DNA from: Nitrospirales bacterium
Lineage (GTDB): Bacteria; Nitrospirota; Nitrospiria; Nitrospirales; UBA8639
Assembly: GCA_965203295.1 (NCBI GenBank)
Contig: CBDBCZ010000016.1
Span: forward strand, 256,001-320,000
Length of the DNA stretch: 64,000 nt
Direction: 5' to 3'
The position numbers and the translations under genes are program-made. The notes below the pieces were generated by a model. That model was not told the DNA's origin, did no database searches, and saw only the letters and a list, made by a program, of their open reading frames with translations. Of the stretch, positions 33,201 to 62,100 are shown in pieces (the stretch's first letter is position 1; each line of letters opens with the position of its first letter).

Positions 33201-36200
33201 GTACGTACACATTCACAATTTGCACATGTACACACACACACATACACGAAGCAATTCACAATGTTAGCTGTTGTGCACTGGAAGTGCTTTTACCTTGTAA
33301 GTCTAAAACTTGCTGTTCTGCTGTTGTTTTCAATGTCCTGGTATGTTCTAATTCTTGCTCTGAGGAAGCATTCATGAAATACAAACATGCATGAAACCCC
33401 AAATCATGGTACTTGCAACTACATGTAGTTCTTATTGCCATGCATGCTTAGCATCCACATCTGGAGCACTGTACGTATATTACTCTCCCCCATTCCCAGG
33501 CTACTTCTGACTCTCATTTCGAATGCTCCCCCCCCAACCGTTGCAGTATATAACGCACCTAATTCTGCTACTTTTGACACCAAGGATGCCTTCTCTCCTG
33601 TTACGTAAGTGAGGTCCTTTTGCAGCTGCGAAGTGGATGAGTTAAGTTCAGAGTTCAGTCGCTGCAACTCCTGAAAGTCAGATTAAAAAATAAGCATTGC
33701 TGGATCCAAACAGCTTGAGAAACCATGCATATGTGATTCCAGACCTCTCCAGTGAACTGCGTACCTTTTGGTTGGCTTCTAGCTGTTGGCTTGCTTGCTG
33801 AAGCTGAGTTTGGAGTAATGTCTTAGCATCGCCAGAAGTAGCTTCCTATAATATAACAGAGTAAATTTTTAAGCTACATTGTGCACCATCAAGTGAATGA
33901 TTACTAGCTCATAGTGACACAGCAAAACATGTATGCAGTGCATCAGAGTCACAAGTTAATTTGAAGATATACGCATAAATCAGTAACGACGTAGATATAT
34001 GCTTATCAATAATGGACTGACAAGAGGCAACAGCGGCACTGATCCAAGATAATTTTAAGATATTGGACAGTTTTCTGACTGTCTATAGCCCTTCAATTCT
34101 CCCATCTAACTGATATGCAATGCTTTATTCATGCCTTATATCTATACGCCATATGTGTACATTGTCATGTACATACCTAGGAATGAAGATGGTCATATAC
34201 GTACATACACTGTCAGGTACATGTACCTTCGCTTGCAGAGCACTGTTGCAACGGCTAAGATTCTGGTTCTCCTTCTGCAAGCTGGCAACTTGAGCTTGGA
34301 GGGCTGACTTATCCTTCATGGCCATCTGGCATATACATGTATGTACATGTAGGTGATTACACATTGTGACAGTATCACAAAAACAAGGACTACATGAACA
34401 TGTACCTGAACTTTTCCTTCCAGTTTAGCACCTTCAGACTTGCTAGCCATTAATTGCTTGCTTAGGTCGTTCCTTTCAGAAACAAGCCTCTTTATCTACA
34501 TGTACATATATAAGGTAAATACTGGTCAAGTTATGGTATCTATTAACCTTGAGCTTACACAAGAGCCTGGGCACGAGGTTAGGTATCAATAGGTATGGGA
34601 TAGAATAAACAAAGCGCTGTGCTCTAGTGCCTTCTCTGCTCTTCTTGTGTTTGATGCTGGTTGTAAATTGCATGAATTTGGATTTTGTACATGATTTCAA
34701 AAACACTGCGATTCACGTTATGGCGCCTATGAAACTTTCAGCGGCTTGTTGATCTGCCCACCCACTATACTGCCAAGGTATGCACAGTAATTTACACAAG
34801 AGTGCTGTTTTTTGGAGGCAGAAAACTCTAAATCATTTGATATACATGTAAACCAGGGGGTGGTACAGGGTTGTAGTACATGTATGTTGGCTATCCTATT
34901 TTCATTTTAATAACCTGTTGCTAGATGAAGTTAAGAAAGCTGGAATTGGTACAAAACTGTTCACAATGTCATTCAGATTGTGGGACTAAAAGTTTGCTGA
35001 TGATACAAACAAGTTTCGTAACCGAATCTAACATTAAAAAGAGAACTACAGGTACGTACATGTACATGAGTTATGGCAGTGGGGAGAAATGAAGTTTCAA
35101 TTTCTTGGGCCTTTAATAATGGTTCATGGAATGTCATGCACACGACAGTACAGTAGGTTTTCCTTCCTGTATTGTACGTGTACTTTTGTGTTGTAATAAA
35201 AGTCACAAAAGCTGTAGTCTAAGAGTACTCTATTCAATTACTTGGCTGCTGGTGTGTAAAGCCATGTAGACCACTCACACACTAGGAAGCTGCAGACCTA
35301 GAGGGACAATCCAAGTGTACATATGGTGTTTCTACAATAGATACAACAAAACAGCTGGTAGTGAATAGCTTGGGTACTCAGGGTCTGAATGAAGAGTTAG
35401 GGGTACAAATACATGTATATGCATGTAAATTACGTGGGAATGAACGTGAGCAGGAGCTTATGAGCACATTGGGTGGTTCATGCACCCCTGTAGTCACGAA
35501 CCCAGGCCTTCCCCACACTCTTTTTTTTATTTTCGTGAGTACAAGGAAGGCCTGGGTTCGAGGCTAGCACTCCTGATGTGAGTGTAGTACAAGTACACGC
35601 ATATACATGTATACATGTGCATGTGCTCTAGGAGCTTGAGTGTAGACGTGGTTTGCGTAATCGTCGTCATAGGTCATGTGATGAGTGAAAAACGTCAGAA
35701 AACAACAAAACGAATGACAATATCAAGTGCAGGTAAAAATTCAAGCAATTTGGCAGAAAGTCCGTACTCATCCATAATGGTCATAATAAGTATATGCCAG
35801 TTACATGTACATGTACAACATACCGTACAGGTGTACATGTTCATGTAGCTGGTTGTAAACTGACCTCTCTTTCATATTCAGCAATTTTTGGGTGTTCAGT
35901 AGCAGATGCAGAATTTCTCCTATCTCCTTTGACAATCCTTGGCTTAGGTGTTTTTGGTAATTTGTACTGGGAAGCAAGAAAAGTGAAGAGCAAACTGTAT
36001 GTATACGTACATGTACATCTGCAAATAAATTTACTGCAATGCTGTTGTCGCTACCACTTGTTCCAAGGCTCGATCTATTTATGATCTACATGATATGTAC
36101 CCCAGCTACCCAGTCTCACAGCCATCCATGGAACAGAACACGCATACATGTACATGAAGTTACCCCAAATGGTGCCTTTTATTACTAACCAAATAATATA

Positions 36201-38124
36201 ATGTACTTACTGGTGTGGCTTTATGGACAGAATCATCAGCAAAAGACGAGTCGACATCATCTACATGTACATTTAGGTGAGGGCACAAGTGTATAACATG
36301 TAAAAAATAGTTTGAACACACATGTATAAGGGCCTCTACTTGATTGTGTCACACCTATTTAGTATACAGCGCAATATATGTGTACATGTACAGACCCAGT
36401 AAGTAATGGGTACATATACTATAGCAATCATTATTCATGAAGTGAAGCTGTAGGACTTGTCTAGGCATACTGTATACTGATAAGTGAGGTCCTAAAGCCT
36501 GGGAATTTAACAGAGGAAGCGATAAGTTCTCAGCTTGCATGTGGGACAGAGGAAGCAATAAGTTTCAGCTTGCATGTGGGACAGGGCAGGTGTGGTTACT
36601 ACAACTTGAAACAGGACTAAAGGTATCAGATTGTCTTGTCCCATTGTACCTACTAAAGTATGAAATAGTTCCCACTTGAATTAGGCAGAGCCAAAATGTA
36701 GCTACCGGTACTCTATAAGCAAAAGTCCTATGACGTGGAAGTCAGCACACGAAATTCGGCAGGTAAGCCATAGGTCTATAGTTCTCACAATCTTCATAGC
36801 GCGATAAGAAACGAGTAATGTATTGTCTGATCAATGTTTTCACATCAATTGCTTGAGAAATCCTTCCTTGCAGTTGCCATACTGAGATAGTGATCCCTGC
36901 AGTCGTACCACTTCCTTAAACATCGATGTTGTTACGTGTTGTTGGGAGTTTGTACGTAAATGTACCTCTTTGTACACAACATTTGCCCGGTCAGCAGCCA
37001 GTAATAACAATAGCAACATGTAATATCTTGAACACTATCTTTTACAGCAGTTTTCACTACCTTTGCTAGAGCAAAACCCACTGCACTAATGGGTGGGTGA
37101 GTGGTTAATTAGACTTTGAAGTCCTCGAGGTGGTCACTTCTTGAATCAAACCAAATACACTAGCGATAGCTGTGGTTTTACCGCTTCTTGTTTACTGTTG
37201 CGAGGTTTATGAAAACAGCTGTAATACACATAATCACTGACATTGTTGGAGGAGCAGAATTACACACCAGGAACTGTATATTACATCAACAGTCCGCTAA
37301 TTGTTTCGTAACTATCACATGAAGTTACCTTATTGGCCATGCGCTACATGCTACAGTAGTACAGTAGTATGGTGTTTTTCTGTACTATGCACATAGTATT
37401 GCCAGACAAAGCTTCTTTATTGCTATGAGATTGTTTACTGTCGCTCAGATGCGACTATCATCCATGATTTTTTCCAGCAGTGTCTTGTGCCAACGATTCT
37501 CCCTGACACATCCTCATTGGATACGCTGTGCGATGAAAAACAGCAAATCGCAATGTTGTGGCCTAAATACTCCATGACTAAACGATGACAGCAAATGAAT
37601 CTCTAAAAGAGTGTATGGTACACATTGAGCGTAAACGTTCTGCGCATGTAGTTTGGCACTTTAGAAGAAAGAACGGGAACATTCTGACAATTCCATTCTG
37701 TTCAAGTTATGGTTTAGTAACCACCGGTGCGTGTGAGCAGGAAGGGAGGCCTGAAAATGAGGTCTGTACATTACACACGTACCTGAGCCTTGAAGTTGGA
37801 ACCTCTTGCTTCTGTCGAAAGAGAGGGGACCATAGCCGCTGTCTGACCATTTCACATCATATGACCCCACCGGGGGCACCTCAGAAGCTGGATGTGATTT
37901 AGGTTAAAACACACACTAATAACACACAGCACTAGCCAGCCTTTCTAGCCGAGTCAGCCCCGTTCACTACGACTTTCCTGGAACCCCTGGTTCAGGTCAG
38001 CAGTACAGTCTATATAGCCATACTGATATAATATATACCTCCGGAGGTATATATATCTATGCTATGATATATCACAAGTTCATTCTTTACCTTTGCCTTT
38101 GAATCTCTCCGATTTTGAAAACAT
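24272..38124 (-). CDS. HMMR: Hyaluronan-mediated motility receptor (RHAMM), multi-exon coiled-coil spindle protein
   Basis: Exon 1 is 38091-38124 (MFSKSERFKGK) and exon 2 is 37783-37887 (VPPVGSYDVK...PLSFDRSKRF, the HMMR N-terminal motif). Many short coiled-coil exons lie at ~26300-36260 (not all boundaries resolved). Exon 25643-25750 encodes [28 protein letters not shown] (HMMR C-terminal bZIP-like motif). The last exon, 24272-24391, ends in TGA. Confidence 0.9.
25373..25450 (-). mobile_element. tRNA-like Pol III element (SINE head or tRNA pseudogene, nominal anticodon AGT)
   Basis: Minus strand GGCTCCAGTAGCTCAATTGGTAAGAGCATCTGACTAGTATTCAGAAGGTTCTGGGTTCAATCCCCAG followed by T7. A and B boxes are present; the acceptor stem is poor. 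Confidence 0.65.
26642..27328. repeat. Minisatellite, 34 bp unit, about 20 copies, in an HMMR intron
   Basis: GCCTACCTTACCCTATCTCACATGTATGGGATTA repeated head-to-tail, with a few 24 bp deletion variants. Confidence 0.97.
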
Positions 38125-38272
38125 CCTGATGATAGAACAGACCGGGTGTAGCTACTCAGCACCAAAGGAAGGGATTACGCGATCGAAAATTTTGAGCCCG
38201 CGGGGTTACAACTTTGAACTGACCAATATTACGCATGCGCAGATAAGTGATCGCAAAATTCAAACTCCAATC
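38125..38272. promoter_or_regulatory. Putative bidirectional promoter shared by HMMR and NuMA
   Basis: 148 bp between divergent ATGs. CpG-rich, with TTTGAA at 38213-38218, TTCAAA at 38259-38264, CCAAT at 38223 and 38267, and ACGCATGCGCA at 38231-38241. Confidence 0.65.
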
Positions 38273-49480
<11,208 letters not shown>

Positions 49481-50524
49481 GGAAATAAGGTTTTGGTTAA
49501 CACTGCATGTAGTTTCATCCTTGAACTAGTACGTAGTTTGTTGTTTAGTCTCATGACCATTCCTGTACATGTGTGTACCTATTTAGTCACCAGGCTTTTT
49601 TAAAAATTTACAGCTATAATTATGTATCATGCAACCAGTAACAATGAAGTACATATTGTGTAACTATCGCATTGATGTTATGCTTTGGCATGGGTATTCT
49701 TACCATTCTAGTGGTGAATGACGAACGGGCGACTGCACTCCCCAGGTACTGATGTATGCGGGGGAGGGGGGACAATGCTAGTGGGCAATAAGCTGGCTGG
49801 GTAGTGGTAGTGCATGGTCTGCTCTAAATAGATCCTCGAGGATTGCCTTCATTTCATATCTTTACTGAGTGACCACTTAAAGTTACCACATTGCCAGTTA
49901 GGAACACCAATTTTATAACAATGTACCCTAATTATGAGACTCTAGTAGACCTAGTATCTGGGACTTAATATAGTACAGCTCCAGCTAGAATATAATTGTA
50001 TTGCTGGAGAACATCCCTTGCACGGCAGCCTGTACGCATATAGTATTGGAGGGAAAAGGTAATTAGAGGACACTCAGCCCCAAAGTTGGAGCTTTCTTTA
50101 TGTTCACATAGGTTAGAACTGGAGCTTGTGAGCGCTGCTAATACGCTCCTGGTTTAGAAGCACTGTTGCATAACTTTGAGTGGCTAGCATTCTCCATTAA
50201 AAAATTGAAAACATTGATGCGGATTCATAGATACCATGGTCCCATTCAGGCCTAAACATCCCTAGCAGTCCACAAAGCAAACCTTTGAGTTAGAATGGCT
50301 TTCGTTCACTGCCAGTTCCTTTATCCCACCTACTGTAGGTGCACAATACTGTCTAGACTCCTGTTGAGGTTCAGGTACAACCACCTTGACATGGCCACAG
50401 GGACATTTAGCGATCCCCCCTCCCCAAATATGTGTGAGCCTGATACATGTAGGTACACTATAAAAAGAATAATACAGTAGATAATAACTTGTATGTATTG
50501 CAGAATTGGTGGCTTTGAAAATCC

Positions 50525-54894
<4,370 letters not shown>

Positions 54895-55379
54895 CTGGAG
54901 GGAGGAGGGAGATGGGGAGGAAGAGTGTTGGGAAGGGAGGGTGGGAGATTCATGGTGCAGTTGCTGACTCCAGATTACTAATGGTGTACATTCTAAATTT
55001 GGAGGTATTCTGGTAAAGTGCTACACAATACTAGGTTGCTAGGGCTCTAAAAATTGTGCTGTAATCACTAATTTGTGCCCACACTAGTACACACGTAGTG
55101 CAAGTCTAATTGATTAAGGATTTGTGTTTGAGTACCATATAACTGCTTGACACCATGTATGTAAATACAGCTATATAATATAGAGTACAGGGAAATTGGG
55201 ACCCAGCTACATGAGGACAAGCATCGAACTCCGGCCTTCCAAGCAGAGGAGCGGCTGCAAAAAAGTATGTGTGGAAGGCCTGGGTTTGAGGCTAGCTGAG
55301 AACTGAGCCTAGGACCTTCTGTATGCGTGGGACAAGACATAAGTTATGCAACTTTTGTACGCTACTGTAAACTAGCCTC

Positions 55380-55622
55380 AGAGTTAGCCTGGACCGAGGC
55401 TAACTCTCCCCTAAGAGAGTTAGCCTGGGACCGAGGCTACCTCTCCCCTAAGAGAGTTAGCCTGGGCTGAGGGTAATTCTCCCCTAAGAGAGTTAGCCTG
55501 GACCGAGGCTACCTCTCCCCTAAGAGAGTTAGCCTGGACCGAGGCTACCTCTCCCCTAAGAGAGTTAGCCTCGGATGAGGCTAACTCTTCCCTAAGAGAG
55601 TTAGCCTGGGAGGAGGTTAGCT
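55380..55622. repeat. Tandem array of 36-37 bp palindromic units, about 6.5 copies
   Basis: AGAGTTAGCCTGGACCGAGGCTA(A/C)CTCTCCCCTAAG repeated. Confidence 0.92.
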
Positions 55623-58134
55623 GTAAACCCCTAGTTTGTTGCTGGTGAGTTTGTTTACTACTCTGATAATGAGGAGGAAGTAGGTGCATGTGTCTTAATA
55701 GTGATTCAGTAAAACTATACAGTAGCTGCTATCATTACCTACAGCCAGCAATCAAATGGCATTGCTTACCACAGCAACATTTCACTGCAGGTGATATACA
55801 TGTATGCATGCCAAGAAGAACTAGAAGTGAGCTTCAGCACTGCTCCGTTTAAAAACCTTGTATGCCTACATGCAGTCAATCATTTGTTGTAGAAGCTTAA
55901 CGAGGCACTAAAGCATACACTCATAGTATTCCTCCAACATTGGCCAATTTCCGTTGATAAATTGTAAGAGGTATCTGGCTCCTCTCATCGTAACAAGGTC
56001 TCCTGTGCAGCTAACTGGCACTTTAATTGGGTGGTAGCCCATTGAAACTAGGGCAACAAGTGTTAGGTTGCATAGGATGCTGTGAAGTATGGCTAAAGCC
56101 AAAAAAGAGAGAGATTTCCACGTGATGTCACAGATCACGTTCCTTGGTGAACAAGATTGGTGTATACATGTACAAGCTACCTATGTATACACCCCAGATG
56201 TGTACATGTACATGTATATACATGAATGTAGTACTCAAGTGGCTTATACACCACCTGCACTCATTTCACAACTGCTTTTCAACAGTACTAGTACTAGTAC
56301 ACCAGAATACAGTAGTACCTCTCCTTAAGTAATATTGCAACTCTAAACACCAACATGGTAGCTAGTTCATGGCTATTGGGCGAGTGGGAGCGAGCCCCAC
56401 ACTAGTGCGTTGAATTGAATTTCGCTGTGTTTACATGTACGTGCATGTGGCCCACATTAGTCTCGCTCCCATGCTCCACTCCCCAGCTCTCTATCATAAC
56501 ATGTATAAAAAGCTGGGGGGTGGAGCCTGGGAACGAGGCCAGTCCACGTGCCATATATCCATGTTCCAATACACCAAATTTTTCAGTCCAAATACCACAT
56601 GCTCATGATCTAATTGAAATGTGTGACCTCTTTTCGCGTGGCCACGCAGTTCTTTCGTGTGCATGCACGACTGCAGCAAGAAAGGGAGACTATCATAACA
56701 GGCTTACAGCGGAGATGAAGATCAGGCCTCAGTGATGCCAATAGTACAGGTCACCAACAAGCCACACGAGGGGTGGGTTAGAGCTAGGAGAGCTGCCATA
56801 CATGTCTACACACTGTCGACATTGAAGTCCCAACCACACTACAACAGGCGGGGTGATGCTCACGCTTGCCCCACAATGCTTTATACTGTCATCTTTAAAA
56901 TCTATAGCTATGAACAGTGGATCACAGTCGTTATTTGAGCAACACTTGGTAAAACTTAGAGTTGGCGAGTTCAGACAGTGGGATTGATGTGGCAATTTTT
57001 TTTGTTCCTGAGGGCTTTTTGCTCAAGTGCGCACATAACAACATAGACCATGCTTACTACTCTTGGGAACTAGACCCTAGGAAAAGCGGCAGGAGGGTCT
57101 GGGCAAAAGGCTGGGGTGGATATGTACAATGCTAATTATCTGCTTGCTAATGCTGGCTTAGTGGATTTCTCAAGACCTCACTCTGGCTGTATCTTGATAT
57201 CAGGGAAGAGGCTAATAGTCTGAAGCAAAGCAGCGTTATGAGCTGCCAATCGTGATTCAAAAATGGAAGTCTATTCGCATGTTAGAATACTGACAATCAG
57301 AAGTGGTTAGGTGCTTTGGCCCCAGCCTATTACCCAGACCCTCCTTCCACTTACTGAGGGTCTGGTTTCTAGCTGTGGCTATACGCTTACAGAAGAACCT
57401 TAGGCCCCTCCAAATCGCATGTTAGTTTCTGATTGCCCGCTCGCATCAGCAACAGAGACGACAAGTTTCTGTAATTAAGTAGGCGGTACACCGGATGTTT
57501 CTCATTAAATTGGCAGAGCATCCGGATTATGCACGTTCCTCTTCTGCAAGCATGCACACAGTAGTAGTACTGACATGCACTGCTGACACTCAGCAGACTG
57601 CTCGCTTGCATGGCTCCAGTGAAATGGGGTGAGATCAGAAACTAACAGGGAGCAACAGATTTATAGCGTGAGTTCCACCACTTATTGTGTGTAGTCCCGT
57701 ACACCCATGCACTGTGACCATCCCATCTAGCACACCCGCCCACAGCAGTGCTCTCTAATTGAAATACACCAGCATTTCTCTTTACAACTGATACATGCAA
57801 ATATTAATGAAGCTACCGACCTTACTCCCCAGCACCACAATATTTTCCGTGCCTTCATTTTCAGATAACTTTGCTCCAGCCTCCTCCATTTCGCCAGCAA
57901 CAAAAACTCGGGCCAGGAATCGTGTGCGTAGCGGTTCACGTGAGACACTTTGGCTGCTCCACGTGCTCGTAAAATGGCTTCTGCTAGGTAGGAGTTTCTT
58001 AAGCTTGGATAAAGATCATAGGTGTGTTTAGTATTGTAGGCCCTAGAGTACTGTGCTTTGTGGAACCTGAGTCCAGATCTGTCGCTTGATCGTGGAAGCT
58101 TGTGTCTCAGCGCTGTGAAGCAACCGTCACGACC

Positions 58135-58194
58135 ATGTCTTCAAGTAACCAAAAGCTGCCACCAAAGGAGGCCGGTATCTTCAAGAAGGTGGTG
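58135..58194 (+). CDS. NAA15: First coding exon of the NatA auxiliary subunit (NAA15/NAA16)
   Basis: ATG in ACCATG context, MSSSNQKLPPKEAGIFKKVV, then a GTAAGT donor. Resembles the LPPKE..LFK.I N-terminus of NAA15. Only 20 codons are available. Confidence 0.72.
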
Positions 58195-58482
58195 GTAAGT
58201 CAACAACTGCATTGCTGGTGTTGTATCTACCGGTTATGACCTAATTCTAGGATCAAGACAGGATATTATGTCAAGTGGATATGTGGGGGCGGATGCTAGT
58301 CATTACATTCTGGCTGTAGTTACATGTAATCAGCCTTGTTCTGCTAAGGCCACGTGGAAGGAGAGAAGTGGCCTGGTATCTACTGCTCATGTACATGCTG
58401 GAAGTTAGAGAGAAAATGGTCCGTAAATGTATTTGTGAATGTTCTCCGTCACATGGCAGGTAGTAATACATATGGATGTTGT

Positions 58483-59091
58483 TAGCCTCGTGCCCAGGCT
58501 CATTGCGTGGGAGGAAAGCTGAGCCTGGTACACACTGTTTGCGCATGCTCAGTTCCCCCAGGATTTCTGGGGCTTGGAAACTAGCGGATACTACAGCGTA
58601 ATAATATCCGTCTATCATCGTATCACCGTCCGTTGCACTAGAGTAGTTGGCGAGTTAAAAGCGCCTGGGAGCATTTTTAAGCCATATAGATGCCTCGAAA
58701 GTGATTGCTAGTTGGATTCTTCGATCCCATTTGCCTCTGGAAGGCCTAGAAGACCAGATCTACGATCAAAAATCGAGCCACTACCAAAAGGGAGGCGCTT
58801 CCGAATTTTTGCGATAAAAACTATACCATAATCCTAGCGGATCGAAAGGTACAGGTCTTATTTTGAAACTGGTTTTAAAGCCAGCTGAGGTTGGAGAAAG
58901 GCAGAATGAGCTATTTTCAAATTTCTCCGCTTACTATATACGTATGCTGCTCCGTACTACTCCTTACCACGTTGGCTGAGGTCGTTCACGGATACGTTTA
59001 CTGACTCTTTTCCGTAAATTCTTGCGCATGCGCGAACAGTGCATACCAGGCTCAACTTTCCCCCCACGCAATGAGCCTGGGCACGAGGCTA
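58483..59091. mobile_element. 609 bp TAG...CTA non-autonomous element with a perfect 9 bp TSD
   Basis: TIR TAGCCTCGTGCCCAGGCTCATTGCGTGGG / CCCACGCAATGAGCCTGGGCACGAGGCTA, with GGATGTTGT on both flanks. Confidence 0.88.
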
Positions 59092-59172
59092 GGATGTTGT
59101 AAGTAAGTTTAAGAGCTAGAAAATGTCTGGCCTCCATATTTTATGGAACGGAACGGAACACAATTGCTAAAG

Positions 59173-62100
59173 TGTAGTGACTGAATTTGCCTTATATGGT
59201 AGTGTATTACGTAATGCATCCTAGGGGGCCCGCTCCTTGGAGAGCCAGCCCATTGTTTGGCATTGTATTGTTGTTGGAAGAGCTAGTATGATTTTTGGTA
59301 TTGGAGTTGTAGTGTTCTGGTAGTTTAAGTTATGAAGTTTTGAGTTGTTCTCTCGAGAGTTGCGTGGTATTAGGACGGCGGTCGCTACATTTGGGGGCTT
59401 GTCCGGGATCGTCGTTCGCTGCAGAGCGACCGAGGACTGTCCCAATACGCGCGACTGATACCCAGGTTGGACAGCAAAGAGTGCAAAACGGAACCTGGAA
59501 GCTGCCTGAGCTTTGTCAGGTCCCTGGCCGTAGGGCGGATAGGCAGTGCACACGAGCAGTGCGCTGTTGAGCCGAGAGTGCTCCCTACCGTAGCGGTGCA
59601 GGGCCGGCGGGCGAAGAAGGCAGAGGCGAGAGAGGGGGCGCCTGAGGCCCCAGTTGTTGATCGAGGCTGAGCTATAGGAGAGGACGCGAGGAGAATCATG
59701 TCGTCGACCGAGGCCCTAAGGGTGCAGCTGGATAACGTTCAGTTGGAGAAGCAGCGGTTGGAGGTGGAGAATGCCCGGCTGCGTAGTGAGCGACCGGAGG
59801 AAGCGCGGTCCGTAGATGCTGAAGCCGAAGCGGAGAGACTCGAAGCCGAAGCGGAGAGACTCCGGGGTGAAAACGAGCGCCTGTTGGCGGAGCACCAACA
59901 TATGAGAGGCTTGTATGAACAGCTGCTTGTCGATATGCAGGAACAGCAGGCTAAAGCAAGCGAGTTGGAAGGCCAGCTACAGCAGGTACGAGCCGAGAGC
60001 CATGAGGAGATAGGGAGACTGCAGGCTGCACTTGAGCAGCAAGGGGCAGCATTGCAACGGGAGCGGGCTGAATGGGAGCAGAGGCTTGAACTTGAATGCC
60101 TCAGATCTGCGGATGCCGAGCGAAGGAAGTGGGAGGCTCGGGAAGAGAGACTCGTGAAGCAGTTAGGGGAGGCCCAGAGGGTCGGTGGAAGGAGCGAGCC
60201 CCAACGGGAGGAGCGTTCGTTACCCTCGGGACAGGGACCGGCGATGGTTGCCTCGTCCAGGCCTCCGGTGAGTCGTGTGACGTTCGGGGACAGGGAGGCT
60301 AGTCAGACAGAGGAGTCATCTACGCTAGCTGCTGCCTCTAATGGGGAGGAGTCGCGGTCGTCGCCCCCGCGCCCAGCTATGCCCCGCCTAGGGGAGGAGT
60401 CCCAGCCACCGCCCACGCTGACGACTACAGCTATCGCTGAGGGGGAGGGGCTGGTCGCCGACGCAAACCCTAGAGGAGTCCAGGGTCACCCAATGTCGCC
60501 TATGACAGGATTGGGAGTGCACCCCTCGTTCTTCTCATCGGCACTCATGGCCCAGCAACTGCCACCATTGGCCAAGTATTCAGGCGAATCTCAAGAAGTT
60601 GGAGAGACGTTTAGAGACTGGCTAGACCAGTTCGAGATGGTGGCTGCTGTCTGTCATTGGACAGAGAATGCCAAGCTCGTGAATTTGACAACCCGACTGA
60701 GAGGGCAAGCCTACGCTTTTTACCGGTCCTGCCCCGCGCCCCAGAAAGCCAGCTATCCGATCTTGGTCCGGGAGCTGACTAAGCGATTCACCCCAGTACG
60801 GCTGCAAGCAGTACAGAGCAGCCTCTTCCACGAGCGAAAGCAGGGACCAAAGGAGAGTGTGGATACATACGCTCAGGACTTGAGGAGACTGTTTTACCGG
60901 GCCTACCCCAAGGCACAGCAGGGTAGCAGTGAGACGGAAGACATGGGTCGATCGGTACTGTCCTCACAGTTTGTGGCTGGCTTGTTGCCAGTGATCAAGC
61001 GTAAGGTGGCCGGTGTTGAGGGAGACATGGAGCAGCTGCTGACTCGAGCCAGGTTTGAGGAGGCAAAACTGAAGGATTTGTCCGAGTCTCTACCCAAGGC
61101 GCCCCAGCCTAGGACTCACTCGTCACCCAATCCAAGCTCCGCCCAGGACAAACCACAGAGAGAAGCCCCACGTCCACGAGGACAGCAGGACAGAAACTCC
61201 AGGCCTGGCCAGTGCTATACGTGTGGCTCCACTGGACACATTGCCCGAAATTGTCGGTGGCGAGCAAGCCGTCAACCGGAAGAAGCTAGGGGTCGACCGA
61301 AGCAACTTGAAAGCAAGGTGGCTGCGGTGTCGGTGCCGAAGGGAGCACAACCCCAAGCTGGAGCTAAGGAGGGGCGAGAGAGTGTTGCAGAGTTGCGCCG
61401 TAAGCTGCAAGAGGCTGAGGTGGAGGAGGCACTTAGTGGAGCGGTGGCTACACTACATGGAGTGACAACCAAAGAGGGATTCAAGGAGGGCCGTCTAGGT
61501 CCTATCATCACCTCCGTAGTGAACTTTGAAGGCCTACCTGTGAAGGCACTCCTAGACACAGGGTCCCCTGTGTCGATCGTATCGCTGGAGTTGGCTGTCA
61601 GAGCCCTGGCTAAGCAGCGGCCCCCTGGCCAAGACCCCCACGACTGGAAGGAGGACGCCAGAGCCCGCTTACAGCCTCCTACTCTGACCCTGCAGAGTTA
61701 TGGTGGAGGGGAAATTAATGTGGTGCGGCAGTTGCAGGCTGTCGTCTCCAAGGGGTCACGTGTAGTGGACGCCCTCGTGCAGGTGCAGAAGGGGGCGCCG
61801 ATTGATTTGTTGCTCGGGACGGACCTACTGGCTCAATTGGGGTTCGAATTCCTGGAGACCGGCACTGATGGAGCAGAGACGGTGACCGACCTGCTCCAGG
61901 GAGAACAGAGGCCGACCCCCTCGAGAACTGGTGAGCACGCTTCATTTGAGACTGGCCCATGCATGGTTCCCACCAGGGAGGGAGAGAGTCTAGTACCCAC
62001 CGTTCGGCTCCTCCATGCTACCCGGTTGCCGGCTCAGCACGGGAAGTTTGTCAGGGCCCAGGTAGAGGGACCACCGGAGAAGGCTCTTGCCTTATTTGAG

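Noticed and set aside
55380..55689. CRISPR-like palindromic repeats and the repetitive ORF 55420-55689
   Set aside because: There are no spacers, and the ORF is simply the translation of a 36 bp minisatellite.
57387..57611. Candidate first exon of RNF121
   Set aside because: No recognisable similarity and no convincing donor, so the start exon is left unassigned.
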